Positions 9,054 to 18,767 of a stretch of 64,000 bases of DNA are shown here, one piece after another. The position numbers were made by a program, and so were the translations under genes. Source of the DNA: Geothrix sp. (GTDB lineage: Bacteria > Acidobacteriota > Holophagae > Holophagales > Holophagaceae); the NCBI GenBank assembly GCA_036504495.1, contig DASXVC010000014.1, positions 2,366-66,365 on the forward strand, read 5' to 3'. Within the stretch, counting starts at the first letter, position 1; every line of letters begins with the position of its first letter. Under the pieces are notes generated by a model. That model saw nothing but the letters and a program-made list of their open reading frames with translations. It did no database searches and was not told where the DNA came from.

Positions 9054-9776
9054 ATGGCGAAGAAACGGGGATGGGGTGGACGCATTCTGGTGGTCCTGAG
9101 CTGGGCGGTGGGCCTGTTCCTGGGGCTAAGTCTCGCGCTGGTGCTGGTCTTCCGCTTCGTGCCCGTCCCGGTGTCGGCCCTCATGGTGCAGCGCCGCGTG
9201 GAATCCTGGTCCAGCGATAAGCGCTACACCTCGCACCACACCTGGGTTCCTCTGGAGGAGATCTCGCCGAGCCTGGGCGCGGCGGTGATCGCCGCGGAGG
9301 ATCAGAACTTCACGGATCACTTCGGCTTCGACTGGCAGGCCATCGAAAAGGCCATCCAGCACAACGAGCACAGCCGCAGGAAGCGCGGAGCTTCCACTGT
9401 GTCCCAGCAGACGGCCAAGAACCTCTTCCTCTGGAACAGCCGCTCCTGGCTGCGGAAGGGGACGGAGACCTGGTTCACGCTGATGATCGAGGTGGGCTGG
9501 TCGAAGCGGCGGATCCTGGAGGTCTACCTCAACATTGTGGAATTCGGCGATGGCGTCTACGGCGCCGAGGCCGCGGCCCGCACCTACTTCGGCAAGCCCG
9601 CCAAGCGGCTCACCCCGGGCGAATCCGCGCTGCTGGCCGCGGTGCTGCCCAACCCCCGCAAGTTCCGCGCGAACGCCCCCAGCGACTACATCCGGGGCCG
9701 CCAGGCCTGGATCCTGGGCCAGATGCGCCAGCTGGGCGGCGAACAGGTGGTGAAGGACCTGGAGGCCAAGCTTTAG
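9054..9776 (+). CDS. mtgA: Monofunctional biosynthetic peptidoglycan transglycosylase
   Basis: [46 protein letters not shown]51 motifs. Confidence 0.95.
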   Translation: MAKKRGWGGRILVVLSWAVGLFLGLSLALVLVFRFVPVPVSALMVQRRVESWSSDKRYTSHHTWVPLEEISPSLGAAVIAAEDQNFTDHFGFDWQAIEKAIQHNEHSRRKRGASTVSQQTAKNLFLWNSRSWLRKGTETWFTLMIEVGWSKRRILEVYLNIVEFGDGVYGAEAAARTYFGKPAKRLTPGESALLAAVLPNPRKFRANAPSDYIRGRQAWILGQMRQLGGEQVVKDLEAKL

Positions 9777-9803
9777 ATGATCCCGGCCCGAGGAAAGAAG
9801 AGG

Positions 9804-9949
9804 CCTCCACGAAGGGCACGAAGGAAAGGCTGGATTGGCACGAAGGTGGGACGAGGCGCCTGAACGAGAGGCCCCGTTTACCCATCCGACTCGAATTCAT
9901 TCGTGGCCTGTCTTGCGCCCGTAGGGCGTATTCGTGTCCTTTGTGGAGG
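9804..9949. repeat. Inverted-repeat element, CACGAAGRR 9-mer family
   Basis: CCTCCACGAAGGGCACGAAGG...ATTCGTGTCCTTTGTGGAGG between convergent genes; same family as 58255-58491. Confidence 0.7.
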
Positions 9950-9984
9950 GCTTTTCCTGGATGAGTCGAGAGGCTCGGCTGCCC

Positions 9985-12900
9985 TCAATGCCAGGTCAGG
10001 TCCCCGTCGCGGGGGCTGCTGCGCAGCTCCACCGCATTGGCCAGGACGCAGAGGGCCGGGCCCTGGTCGAAGCGGTGGGTCAGGCCCGCCGGAAGACCGG
10101 TCTTGCCGGCGACGCCCACCCATCCATCCCGGCCCGAGCGCTTGGCGGCGTAGAGGCAGCGATCGGCCACTCGCACCTGGTCCTCCCAGGACCCCGATTC
10201 CAGGTGGTCTGACTGGAAGGGGAAGAGGGAGAAGCCGATGGAACAGGTGATCTCCACGGGATCCGGCAGCCCCAGATCGAAGGAATGTTCCCGCACGGCC
10301 TGGTGGAGGCGGGCCACCACCGTGGCCGCGCCATCCAGGTCCGCGGTGTGGCCCACGAAGAGGATCTCCTCGCCGCCCCACCGGATGAGGAAGTCCGATT
10401 CACGCGCCTCCCGCTTCAGGATGCCGGCCACCTGCTTCAGGACCAGGTCCCCCGCGGCATGGCTCCAGGTGTCGTTCACGCGCTTGAAGTGGTCCAGGTC
10501 GATCATGGCGAAGACCAGGCAGGCCTCGGCGGGAAGGTCCGCGCCCTGGTGGTCGCGCTGGCCGCGCAGGACCAGGGCCAGGACGGGGGGAAGCTCCTCT
10601 TCGAGGTAGCGCCGGTTGCGGAGGCCCATGAGGGGATCCGTGGTGGAGATGGTGGCCAGGGCGAGGTTGCTCAGTTCCAGCGCCTCGGTGCGCTGGTAGA
10701 CCAGGGTCCTCAGTTCCTCATTCCGCCGCCGCAGCAGGCGGACCCGCCAGCGGAGGTAGACCACTCCTGTGCAGGCGGCGAGGCCGCCCCACACGGGCCA
10801 GATCCACCAGCGCCGCCACCACGGGGAAAGCACCCGGAACCCCACGGAGGCGATGGGCCCCGCGCCACCCTCTTCGAGCACGGCGCGGACATCCAGGCGG
10901 TAGGGTCCCGGGGGCAGGGCGGGGTAGCGGAGGTCCCGGGTCGGGAGATCCACCCAATCCTCGTCAAGACCGGCCAGCCGGGCCTGGAAGCGGTACCGCC
11001 CTTCGTGCTCAAAGGTCAGGGAGGTGAAGTGGGCCGCCAGGGTGCGATCCGCGTAAGGGACCGCGCCCAGGTTCATCAAACCCGCGATGGGCCGGTCCCA
11101 CTGGCGCGAGCCCAGCCGGAAGGAGACGAAAAGGGTTTCCGGGAGGACGGGGGGCCGGTTGCCGGGTACGGGGTGGTGATGGAGGAGGCCCGCGGTGGAT
11201 CCGAACCAGATGCCCCCATCCGGATCCACCCAGGTGGAGAAGGGATTGCAGTCGGTACTGGTGAGGCCGTCCTCGCGCCGGAAGAGCCGGTGGCTGGCGC
11301 CATCTGTGCATTGAACACCACGGGGGCCGCCCACCCACAGGCGGCCGGTGGGATCCACCGCGAGGCTGTACACCGAATCGCTGGCGAGGCCGTTCCGGCG
11401 GGCCCAGTGGTCGATCACCCGGGGCGCAGGCCCCCGCAGATCCACATGGGTGAGGCCCATGGGTTCCCGGTAGGCCACCCAGGCCGTGCCATCGGGAAGG
11501 GGCGCCAGGGCCGCGAGGGGCGCTGGCCGGAGGCCGATCTCCCGTCCCCAGCGTTGCCATTGGCCCTGGTCCAGGCGGGCCAGGCCGGTGCCCGTGGCAG
11601 CCCAGAGGCGGCCCTGGGGGTCTTCGTGCAGGGCCGCGATGGCCTCCAGTGCCGGGGTGCCGGGATTCTCCGTCCGTTGGAACACGGCGCGTCCAGTGGG
11701 GTCCGACAACCGCCACAAACCGTCGTGGGAGGTGCCCACCCACAGGTCGCCGCTCCGGTCGAAGGTCAGGGCCACGGGCACCGCCAGGCCCTTGGCCGGT
11801 GGCAGCGGGATGCGCGTCATGCGGGACCGGTCCGGGCTGATGCGGACGAGGAAGGGCTGTTCCCCGGCGCCCCAGATGGAGCCATCCGGCCCCTCCTTCA
11901 AGGTGTAGAGGACCAGGCCCGCGGCGGGGGGAAAGGCCGTGGGGCCCTTGGCCGCCATGCGCGCGAGGCCGTTGCTGGTGCCGATCCAGAGCACGCCGGA
12001 CCGGTCCCGGAGCAGGCCCCAGACGTTGTCCGCCGGGAGGCCGTCCAGATGCGTGATGTTCTCCCAGGCTCCGGTGCCCTGGAGCCGGTGCAGCCCCAGA
12101 CTGGCCACCCAGAGGTTGCCCGTGCGGTCCACGAGGGCCTGGTTGGCCCAGCCCGAGGGCAGGCCCCGGGTTTCGTCCAGGAGCCGCCAGGTGGCCGGGT
12201 CTGTGAAGTGGAGCAGGCCTTTGGCCGTGGGGACGAACACACCGCCATCGCCGTCCGCGCTGAGGGTCTCCTCGTAGAAGCTCACGCCCAGGGGTGGGAG
12301 GCCCTTGGCGGGCAGGGTGAGGCGGGAGGCCCGGGGCGCCAGCAGACGAAGGTGGCTGGGGGTCCGCACCCAGAGCGTTCCGGAGCGGGTCATCAGCAGG
12401 GCTTTCACGGATTCCGCGGGCACGCCTTCCCGGGTCGTCCAGGTGCGCCACTGGCCTGTGGCGTGGAGGTGGTGGAGGGCCGAGGACCCGCCCACCAGGA
12501 GGCTCCCGCCATCCCAGGCCAGCGAATAGGCGGGGCCGCCCGGCCAGCCCTGGACCGGGGTGAAGGGGCCGCCGGTGCTGCGGAAGAGGCCCGACTCTGC
12601 CGCGACCCAGACCTGGCCCTGGGGGTCCTGGAGGATCTGGTGGATCTGGGCAGAGGCCAGGGGGTCACCGGCCTCCAGGGGCTGTATGCGTCCCTCCCGC
12701 CAACGGCAGAGGCCCGCGCGGGTGCCGATCCAGAGGCTGCCGTCCGGGCAGGGGCTGAAGGCGCGGACCCAGGCGGAAGGCAGACCCTCTGGCAGGCTCC
12801 AGAGGCGGAAGCCCGTTCCATCGAACCGGTAGGCGCCGCCTTCGGTCCCCACCCACAGGAAGCCCGCGGCGTCCTGGGTCAGGGTGGTGAGGCTGGTGTG

Positions 12901-13035
12901 CTCCAGGCCTTCAGAGGGTCCGTAGCTCCGGAAGACCATGCGTCCGGACTGGGGAACGCCCGCGCCTGAAAGGCCCAGGGTGAGGCCCGTGAGCAGGAGG
13001 GCCCGGAGGCTTCGGAGGAGGGGCGGCATGGCCAT
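9985..13035 (-). CDS. Membrane-anchored diguanylate cyclase with periplasmic beta-propeller sensor (Reg_prop repeats and Y_Y_Y domain)
   Basis: Signal peptide, many D..G.LWVGT propeller repeats, [17 protein letters not shown] helix, [10 protein letters not shown] and RESD..RWGGEE GGDEF motifs; start approximate. Confidence 0.9.
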   Translation of the reverse strand: MAMPPLLRSLRALLLTGLTLGLSGAGVPQSGRMVFRSYGPSEGLEHTSLTTLTQDAAGFLWVGTEGGAYRFDGTGFRLWSLPEGLPSAWVRAFSPCPDGSLWIGTRAGLCRWREGRIQPLEAGDPLASAQIHQILQDPQGQVWVAAESGLFRSTGGPFTPVQGWPGGPAYSLAWDGGSLLVGGSSALHHLHATGQWRTWTTREGVPAESVKALLMTRSGTLWVRTPSHLRLLAPRASRLTLPAKGLPPLGVSFYEETLSADGDGGVFVPTAKGLLHFTDPATWRLLDETRGLPSGWANQALVDRTGNLWVASLGLHRLQGTGAWENITHLDGLPADNVWGLLRDRSGVLWIGTSNGLARMAAKGPTAFPPAAGLVLYTLKEGPDGSIWGAGEQPFLVRISPDRSRMTRIPLPPAKGLAVPVALTFDRSGDLWVGTSHDGLWRLSDPTGRAVFQRTENPGTPALEAIAALHEDPQGRLWAATGTGLARLDQGQWQRWGREIGLRPAPLAALAPLPDGTAWVAYREPMGLTHVDLRGPAPRVIDHWARRNGLASDSVYSLAVDPTGRLWVGGPRGVQCTDGASHRLFRREDGLTSTDCNPFSTWVDPDGGIWFGSTAGLLHHHPVPGNRPPVLPETLFVSFRLGSRQWDRPIAGLMNLGAVPYADRTLAAHFTSLTFEHEGRYRFQARLAGLDEDWVDLPTRDLRYPALPPGPYRLDVRAVLEEGGAGPIASVGFRVLSPWWRRWWIWPVWGGLAACTGVVYLRWRVRLLRRRNEELRTLVYQRTEALELSNLALATISTTDPLMGLRNRRYLEEELPPVLALVLRGQRDHQGADLPAEACLVFAMIDLDHFKRVNDTWSHAAGDLVLKQVAGILKREARESDFLIRWGGEEILFVGHTADLDGAATVVARLHQAVREHSFDLGLPDPVEITCSIGFSLFPFQSDHLESGSWEDQVRVADRCLYAAKRSGRDGWVGVAGKTGLPAGLTHRFDQGPALCVLANAVELRSSPRDGDLTWH

Positions 13036-13210
13036 GCTGGCATCCATCCTATCGGCGGAGGGGCCTCGGAAGTTTCCTATTCTGCGGGGTTGCTTCGGAA
13101 GTCTCCAGATGGATGTTGGGACCCGGGGATCTGCGTCACGGATTCCCGACCTGCCGGTTTTCTGTGCGGGCCTGCGGTATAGAATGGGCCATCTCCCAGG
13201 AGGATCCATC

Positions 13211-14197
13211 ATGAAGCCCCCCGTTCGCGTAGCCGTCACCGGCGCTGCCGGCCAGATCGGATACAGTCTGCTCTTCCGCATCGCCAGCGGCGCGATGCTC
13301 GGCAACGACCAGCCCGTGATCCTCCAGCTGCTGGAGATCACCCCGGCCCTGAAGGCGCTGAACGGCGTCGTGATGGAGCTGAAGGACTGTGCCTTCCCGC
13401 TGCTGGCGGGTGTGGTCACCTCCGACGATCCCATGGTGGCCTTCAAGGATGCCGACTATGCGCTGCTGGTGGGCGCCCTGCCGCGCAAGGCCGGCATGGA
13501 GCGCGCTGACCTGCTCAACGCCAACGGCGGCATCTTCAAGCCCCAGGGCAACGCCCTCAGCGAAGTGGCCAGCCGCAACGTAAAGGTGCTGGTGGTGGGC
13601 AACCCCGCCAACACGAACGCCTTCATCGCGCTGTCCAACGCGCCCAAGCTCAAGCCCACGCAGTTCCACGCCATGGTGCGCCTGGACCACAACCGCGCCA
13701 TCTCCCAGCTGGCGGAGAAGACGGGCAAGCCCGTCACCGCCATCAAGCAGATGACCATCTGGGGCAACCACAGCGTCACGCAGTTCCCCGACCTCTACCA
13801 CGCCACAGTGGATGGCAAGAACGCCCACGAGCTGGTCAATGACCACGCCTGGTACGAGACCACCTACATCCCCACCGTGGCCAAGCGCGGCGCGGCCATC
13901 ATCGAGGCCCGCGGCCTCAGCAGCGCCGCCAGCGCCGCCAACGCCGCCATCGACCACATGAAGAGCTGGGCGCTCGGCACCCCCGAGGGTGACTGGACCA
14001 GCATGGCCTTCGTGTCCGACGGCAGCTACGGCGTGCCCGAGGGCCTGGTCTACGGCTTCCCCGTCACCGTGAAGAACGGCCAGGTGGAGATCGTGAAGAA
14101 CCTCGCCATCAATGACTTCAGCCGCGCCAAGATGGACGCCACCGCCAAGGAGCTCGATGAGGAGCGCCAGGCTGTGAAGCAGCTGGGCCTGATCTAG
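13211..14197 (+). CDS. mdh: Malate dehydrogenase
   Basis: [34 protein letters not shown] motifs. Confidence 0.97.
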   Translation: MKPPVRVAVTGAAGQIGYSLLFRIASGAMLGNDQPVILQLLEITPALKALNGVVMELKDCAFPLLAGVVTSDDPMVAFKDADYALLVGALPRKAGMERADLLNANGGIFKPQGNALSEVASRNVKVLVVGNPANTNAFIALSNAPKLKPTQFHAMVRLDHNRAISQLAEKTGKPVTAIKQMTIWGNHSVTQFPDLYHATVDGKNAHELVNDHAWYETTYIPTVAKRGAAIIEARGLSSAASAANAAIDHMKSWALGTPEGDWTSMAFVSDGSYGVPEGLVYGFPVTVKNGQVEIVKNLAINDFSRAKMDATAKELDEERQAVKQLGLI

Positions 14198-14220
14198 CAG
14201 GACGCCCCTTGGGGCCTGAT

Positions 14221-14252
14221 AACGCAGGGGGTTCGCCCCCTGCGTTTTTTTT
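14221..14252 (+). terminator. Rho-independent terminator of mdh
   Basis: AACGCAGGGGG-TTCG-CCCCCTGCGTT followed by a T run. Confidence 0.9.
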
Positions 14253-14307
14253 GACAATGGCGTGACCGTTTCCAGAACCTATTCTTGGCTTGAGCCGGAG
14301 GTGGACC

Positions 14308-14523
14308 ATGGTCGAACCGCTCGAACGGCGTCAGATGTGGAGCCGGATCATCGGGGTGGAGCGCCGGGCCGCGCCCATGAACGATCTGGATGGACACCCC
14401 CTGCCGGATCCCACGCGGCTGGAGGACGAGGAGTTCGCCGAGACCCAGGCGGAACTCAGCGCGCAGAAGAAAAAAGCCCTTGAGCACAGGGAACGGTGGG
14501 AGGATTCCGACCGGTTCGACTAG
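14308..14523 (+). CDS. Small hypothetical protein
   Basis: Strong GGAGGT RBS, TTGACA upstream, plausible codon usage; no recognised domain. Confidence 0.6.
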   Translation: MVEPLERRQMWSRIIGVERRAAPMNDLDGHPLPDPTRLEDEEFAETQAELSAQKKKALEHRERWEDSDRFD

Positions 14524-14599
14524 GGCCCGGGGCCGGGGCGACCCCTGTCTTGACAGCAAGGCCGCCTGGGCCGACAGTGGCGGGATCTTTTGGACGCCT

Positions 14600-14869
14600 A
14601 TGCCCCGCGTCACCTTCACCCGCAACCTCCAGCGCCACGTGGCCTGCCCGCCCTGCGCGGTAGCGGGCGCCACAGTGCGGGAGGGCCTGGAGGAGGCCTT
14701 CGCGCTGTACCCGAAGCTCCGGGGCTACGTGCTGGACGAGCACGGCGCCCTGCGGTTCCACATGGCGATCTATGTGGATGGCGTGCCCATCGCGGACCGC
14801 CCGGGGCTCAGCGACCCCGTGTCCGAAACCGGCGAGATCTTCGTCATGCAGGCCCTGTCTGGAGGCTGA
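14600..14869 (+). CDS. MoaD/ThiS family ubiquitin-like protein
   Basis: 89 aa beta-grasp pattern (GATVREGLE..F..YPKLRGYVLDE.G) ending ALSGG. Confidence 0.9.
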   Translation: MPRVTFTRNLQRHVACPPCAVAGATVREGLEEAFALYPKLRGYVLDEHGALRFHMAIYVDGVPIADRPGLSDPVSETGEIFVMQALSGG

Positions 14870-14870
14870 G

Positions 14871-15977
<1,107 letters not shown>

Positions 15978-16068
15978 GGCCTGAGAACAACCCCCTTCGC
16001 GGAGCGGGGTAACATGAGTCTCCGGTGCGGTGGAACACCATCCCCCGCACGCTGTCCCTGGAGGACCC

Positions 16069-16320
16069 GTGACTCGCACGACGCGCACTTTGGTTGCCTT
16101 GATGTTCGGAAGTTCCCTGCTCCTGGCCCAGATCCCCAACCCCCTGAACCTGCCCGATCCCCTGGGCCTTTCCAAGAAGCCCGCCCCGGCCCCGGCGCCC
16201 CGCCGGGACGGTCGCCGCGTGGAGCGGAAGCCGAAGCACCATGACAACGGCAAGCACAAGGGCCAGGAGAAGCACGAGGATCGCGAGCGCGGTGAGCGCA
16301 AGGGTTCCGGCAAGCGCTAG
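16069..16320 (+). CDS. Small secreted basic low-complexity protein
   Basis: GGAGG RBS, signal-like N-terminus, Pro-rich then HHDNGKHKGQ and charged tail. Confidence 0.55.
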   Translation: MTRTTRTLVALMFGSSLLLAQIPNPLNLPDPLGLSKKPAPAPAPRRDGRRVERKPKHHDNGKHKGQEKHEDRERGERKGSGKR

Positions 16321-17078
16321 TTTCCGAACACCTTCAGCACCAGCTCCGGATGGTTGCGGAGGAAGGCTGTGCGGTGGTCCGCGCCGATGACCGCCAGGAA
16401 GCAGGCTGCCTCGGCCGTGGCCGTGGCGGCCTGCGGCCTGCGCCGCAGGTAGGCCTCCAGGCCCAGGAAGCCGCTGGGGAGATCCTCGGCGCGGAGGAGG
16501 CGCGACCCTGCTGCGTCCTCCAGGCGCACCGTGCCCATGGCCAGCTGGAACACCGCGTCGGCGGGTTCTCCGGCCCGGAAGATGGTTTCACCGGCCTGGA
16601 CCATGCGCCGTTGGGCGGCCAGATCGAAGCGGGCGCGCAGGTCTTGCAGTTCCTCATTGGCCTCCTTCAGGCGCGAGGTGAACTGGCGGCAGAGGATGCG
16701 CGTGAGGCCGGGAAAGCCCGCCATGATGGCGTCCAGGTGGGCCGGCTTCAGGTGCAGGGCCTGGCAGCTGCCCACGGCGCGCACGGTGGCCGTGCGCTGC
16801 TGGGCCCCGAAGTAGGCCATCTCGCCGATGATGGCGGGCGCCTCCACGCTGCACTCGATGTGGGCCAGGGGCCGCGTCCCGCCCTCGGGCATGGCCTTCT
16901 CCACCACCAGGCTGCCCCGGCGCACGATGAAGAGATCCTGGGAGGACTCCCCCTCCACCACCAGCAGCTCGCCATCCCGGAAGCGCAGCGGCGCGATATC
17001 CGGGCAGGCCGTCAGCAGCGGCCCCAGCTCCGGGTCGGAGGCCAGGTCCAGGGAGGCGGGATCGAGAACGTCGGGCAT
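16317..17078 (-). CDS. Tandem cyclic-nucleotide-binding domain protein (no HTH seen)
   Basis: GE....EGE...LFIVRRG, IGEMAYF...RTATVRA and a second degenerate cNMP domain. Confidence 0.85.
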   Translation of the reverse strand: MPDVLDPASLDLASDPELGPLLTACPDIAPLRFRDGELLVVEGESSQDLFIVRRGSLVVEKAMPEGGTRPLAHIECSVEAPAIIGEMAYFGAQQRTATVRAVGSCQALHLKPAHLDAIMAGFPGLTRILCRQFTSRLKEANEELQDLRARFDLAAQRRMVQAGETIFRAGEPADAVFQLAMGTVRLEDAAGSRLLRAEDLPSGFLGLEAYLRRRPQAATATAEAACFLAVIGADHRTAFLRNHPELVLKVFGN

Positions 17079-17129
17079 GGAGACATCTTCCGACGGGAAA
17101 GAGGGATCAGCCACGGGTAAACACGAATG
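17056..17129. repeat. Direct repeat copy 1 (about 75 bp; 5' end of cNMP gene plus repeat arm)
   Basis: Aligns by eye at roughly 80% identity with 17843-17917. Confidence 0.75.
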
Positions 17130-17264
17130 GGTCCGGCGGCAGGTTGGCGATATGGTTCGCGCCGATCCGCTGGAGCGCAGCCACCGTTTCCTTCGCACGG
17201 TCGCAGGGCGATTCGCGTCATTCGCGGTTCGATCTTTCTGGCTGAGTCTCCCCGATAAGGAGTA

Positions 17265-17711
17265 TCACTCCCGGATCTCGGCCTCGACAAGCTGGGCGAG
17301 CAGCGTGAGCGATTCCTGCCAGCCGAGGTAGCAGGCTTCGGGGGGGATGACGGCGGGGATCCCCTCTTGCACGATGGCCAGCTCGGTTCCGCAGGAAACC
17401 TGCTTCAGGGCTATGGTCGTCTGCATCTCCCCCGGCAGGTTCGGGTCGTCGAAGATGTCCGTGTGCCGGATGCGTTCATGGGGCACCAGCTCCAGATACG
17501 TTCCGCCGAATGAATGGCTGTGGCCGGTGGTGAAGTTCGTGAATGACATCTTGTAGGTGCCGCCGACCCGGGCTTCCAGATGGTGCACCTTGCCCGTGAA
17601 GCCGTTCGGCGGAAGCCACTTGGCCATTGCGTCGGCATCGAGGAAGGCCCGATAGACCCGCTCGGGTGTCGCACGAATGACGCGGTGAAGTCGGATGGTG
17701 CTGGTGGTCAT
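17265..17711 (-). CDS. SRPBCC/AHSA1-like protein
   Basis: RVIRATPERVYRAFLD..AMAKWLPP, GGTYKMSF, CYLGWQESL. Confidence 0.92.
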   Translation of the reverse strand: MTTSTIRLHRVIRATPERVYRAFLDADAMAKWLPPNGFTGKVHHLEARVGGTYKMSFTNFTTGHSHSFGGTYLELVPHERIRHTDIFDDPNLPGEMQTTIALKQVSCGTELAIVQEGIPAVIPPEACYLGWQESLTLLAQLVEAEIRE

Positions 17712-17842
17712 GAGGCTTCTCCCTTCGATCGTGGTGGGCGGCGAGCTGAACGCCAAGGGCGGCACGAGCAAACCGGTGCGCTTGTTGAGACACCTAACGG
17801 AAGAATCTAAGCGAATTGGGCGTTTGGGCTAGGGTTGGGGTC

Positions 17843-17940
17843 GCGGGAACGAGGAGGTCGGGCACGGAGACACCCCCGGACGGAGAAAGAAGGATCAGCC
17901 ACGGATGAACACGGATGAACACGGATTCACACGGATGAAA
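17843..17940. repeat. Direct repeat copy 2, running into a CACGGATGAA x4 tandem array
   Basis: ATCAGCCACGGATGAACACGGATGAACACGGATTCACACGGATGAA; a further arm ATCAGCCACGGATGAACAC at 18132. Confidence 0.8.
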
Positions 17941-17994
17941 CTGGGCCGTTGTTCCGGACGGGAACTGGGTTTGCTGGGTTGAAAAAGGTATCAA

Positions 17995-18093
17995 TAAGCG
18001 GAGGAGAGCTGAGTCGCTGAGGAAAGCGGAGAAAAGCAAAAAACTACTGTGTTCTTCTCTGCTCTCCTCCGCACTTCCGCTACCCTCCGCTTA
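17995..18093. repeat. Inverted-repeat element, GCGGAG family
   Basis: TAAGCGGAGG...GCGGAGAAAAGC / GCTCTCCTCCGC...CCTCCGCTTA around an AT-rich loop. Confidence 0.65.
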
Positions 18094-18208
18094 CGTACGG
18101 TTTTTTGGTTGGGGCGGCCTCTCCGCATGGAATCAGCCACGGATGAACACAGGTAAAAACAGAGGGCGGGATCGCTCCCACCCTCCGTTCATTGCTAGAA
18201 ATTCGGAA

Positions 18209-18484
18209 TCAGGCCACGAGTTTGCCCTGTAGCCAATTCGAGATCTCGAGGGGTAAACCGAACCATGCAGCCTCATTGCCGAGTTCGCAAACGAACAGCT
18301 TGTCGTTTTGATCCAGATACGCTGAGAGAATATCTCGAATCGAAACTGCATTCAGGTTGGACTTGATAACCCAGACGGATTGTTGAATATGTGCCCAGGT
18401 TCCGCTGCCTTTGATGGCATCGGTTAGTCCTGTGTATTGCTGCCCGGGTCGGTACAAGTCGTAAGTGATGAGGTAGGTTTTCAT
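18209..18484 (-). CDS. Stand-alone Cas2/VapD-like small ferredoxin-fold protein
   Basis: MKTYLITYDL...Y..L..AIK..G....QQSVW...D.NDKLFV pattern; 91 aa; low GC; no cas genes or CRISPR array in the window. Confidence 0.7.
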   Translation of the reverse strand: MKTYLITYDLYRPGQQYTGLTDAIKGSGTWAHIQQSVWVIKSNLNAVSIRDILSAYLDQNDKLFVCELGNEAAWFGLPLEISNWLQGKLVA

Positions 18485-18676
18485 TGTTGAGTAATCCAAA
18501 TGGTCATCTCGCCATGGCATGAACTTTGAGGAATTGCACAGACGGGCGTGGCGAGCGACCATGTCAAATAGATCCCCTTCGTGCAATGAACAAGCGTGAG
18601 CGGGAAATCTCTGGGTGTTTTCGGCTGCAACCGAAGGCACCTTTTTTATTGGTGGTGATCTGGCCACGGCGGCTCC

Positions 18677-18704
18677 AAAAAAAAGAGCGGGGTATCCCCC
18701 GCTC
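18677..18704 (-). terminator. Rho-independent terminator downstream of nrdJ
   Basis: Minus strand GAGCGGGG-GATA-CCCCGCTC followed by T8. Confidence 0.85.
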
Positions 18705-18723
18705 GTCGTTAAGGCTGGTTTTC

Positions 18724-18751
18724 CTTGGTGGTCTTGGTGTCTTGGTGGTGA
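18724..18751. repeat. Right arm only of a CACCAAGR-family element
   Basis: CTTGGTGGTCTTGGTGTCTTGGTGGTGA; a further arm end TTGGTGGTGATC at 18649. Confidence 0.7.
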
Positions 18752-18767
18752 ATAAGGCGCTCCTTAT

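Noticed and set aside
17893-17940. Tandem CACGGATGAA repeats near a Cas2-like gene as a CRISPR array
   Set aside because: Units are 10 bp and contiguous with no unique spacers, and there are no cas1 or effector genes
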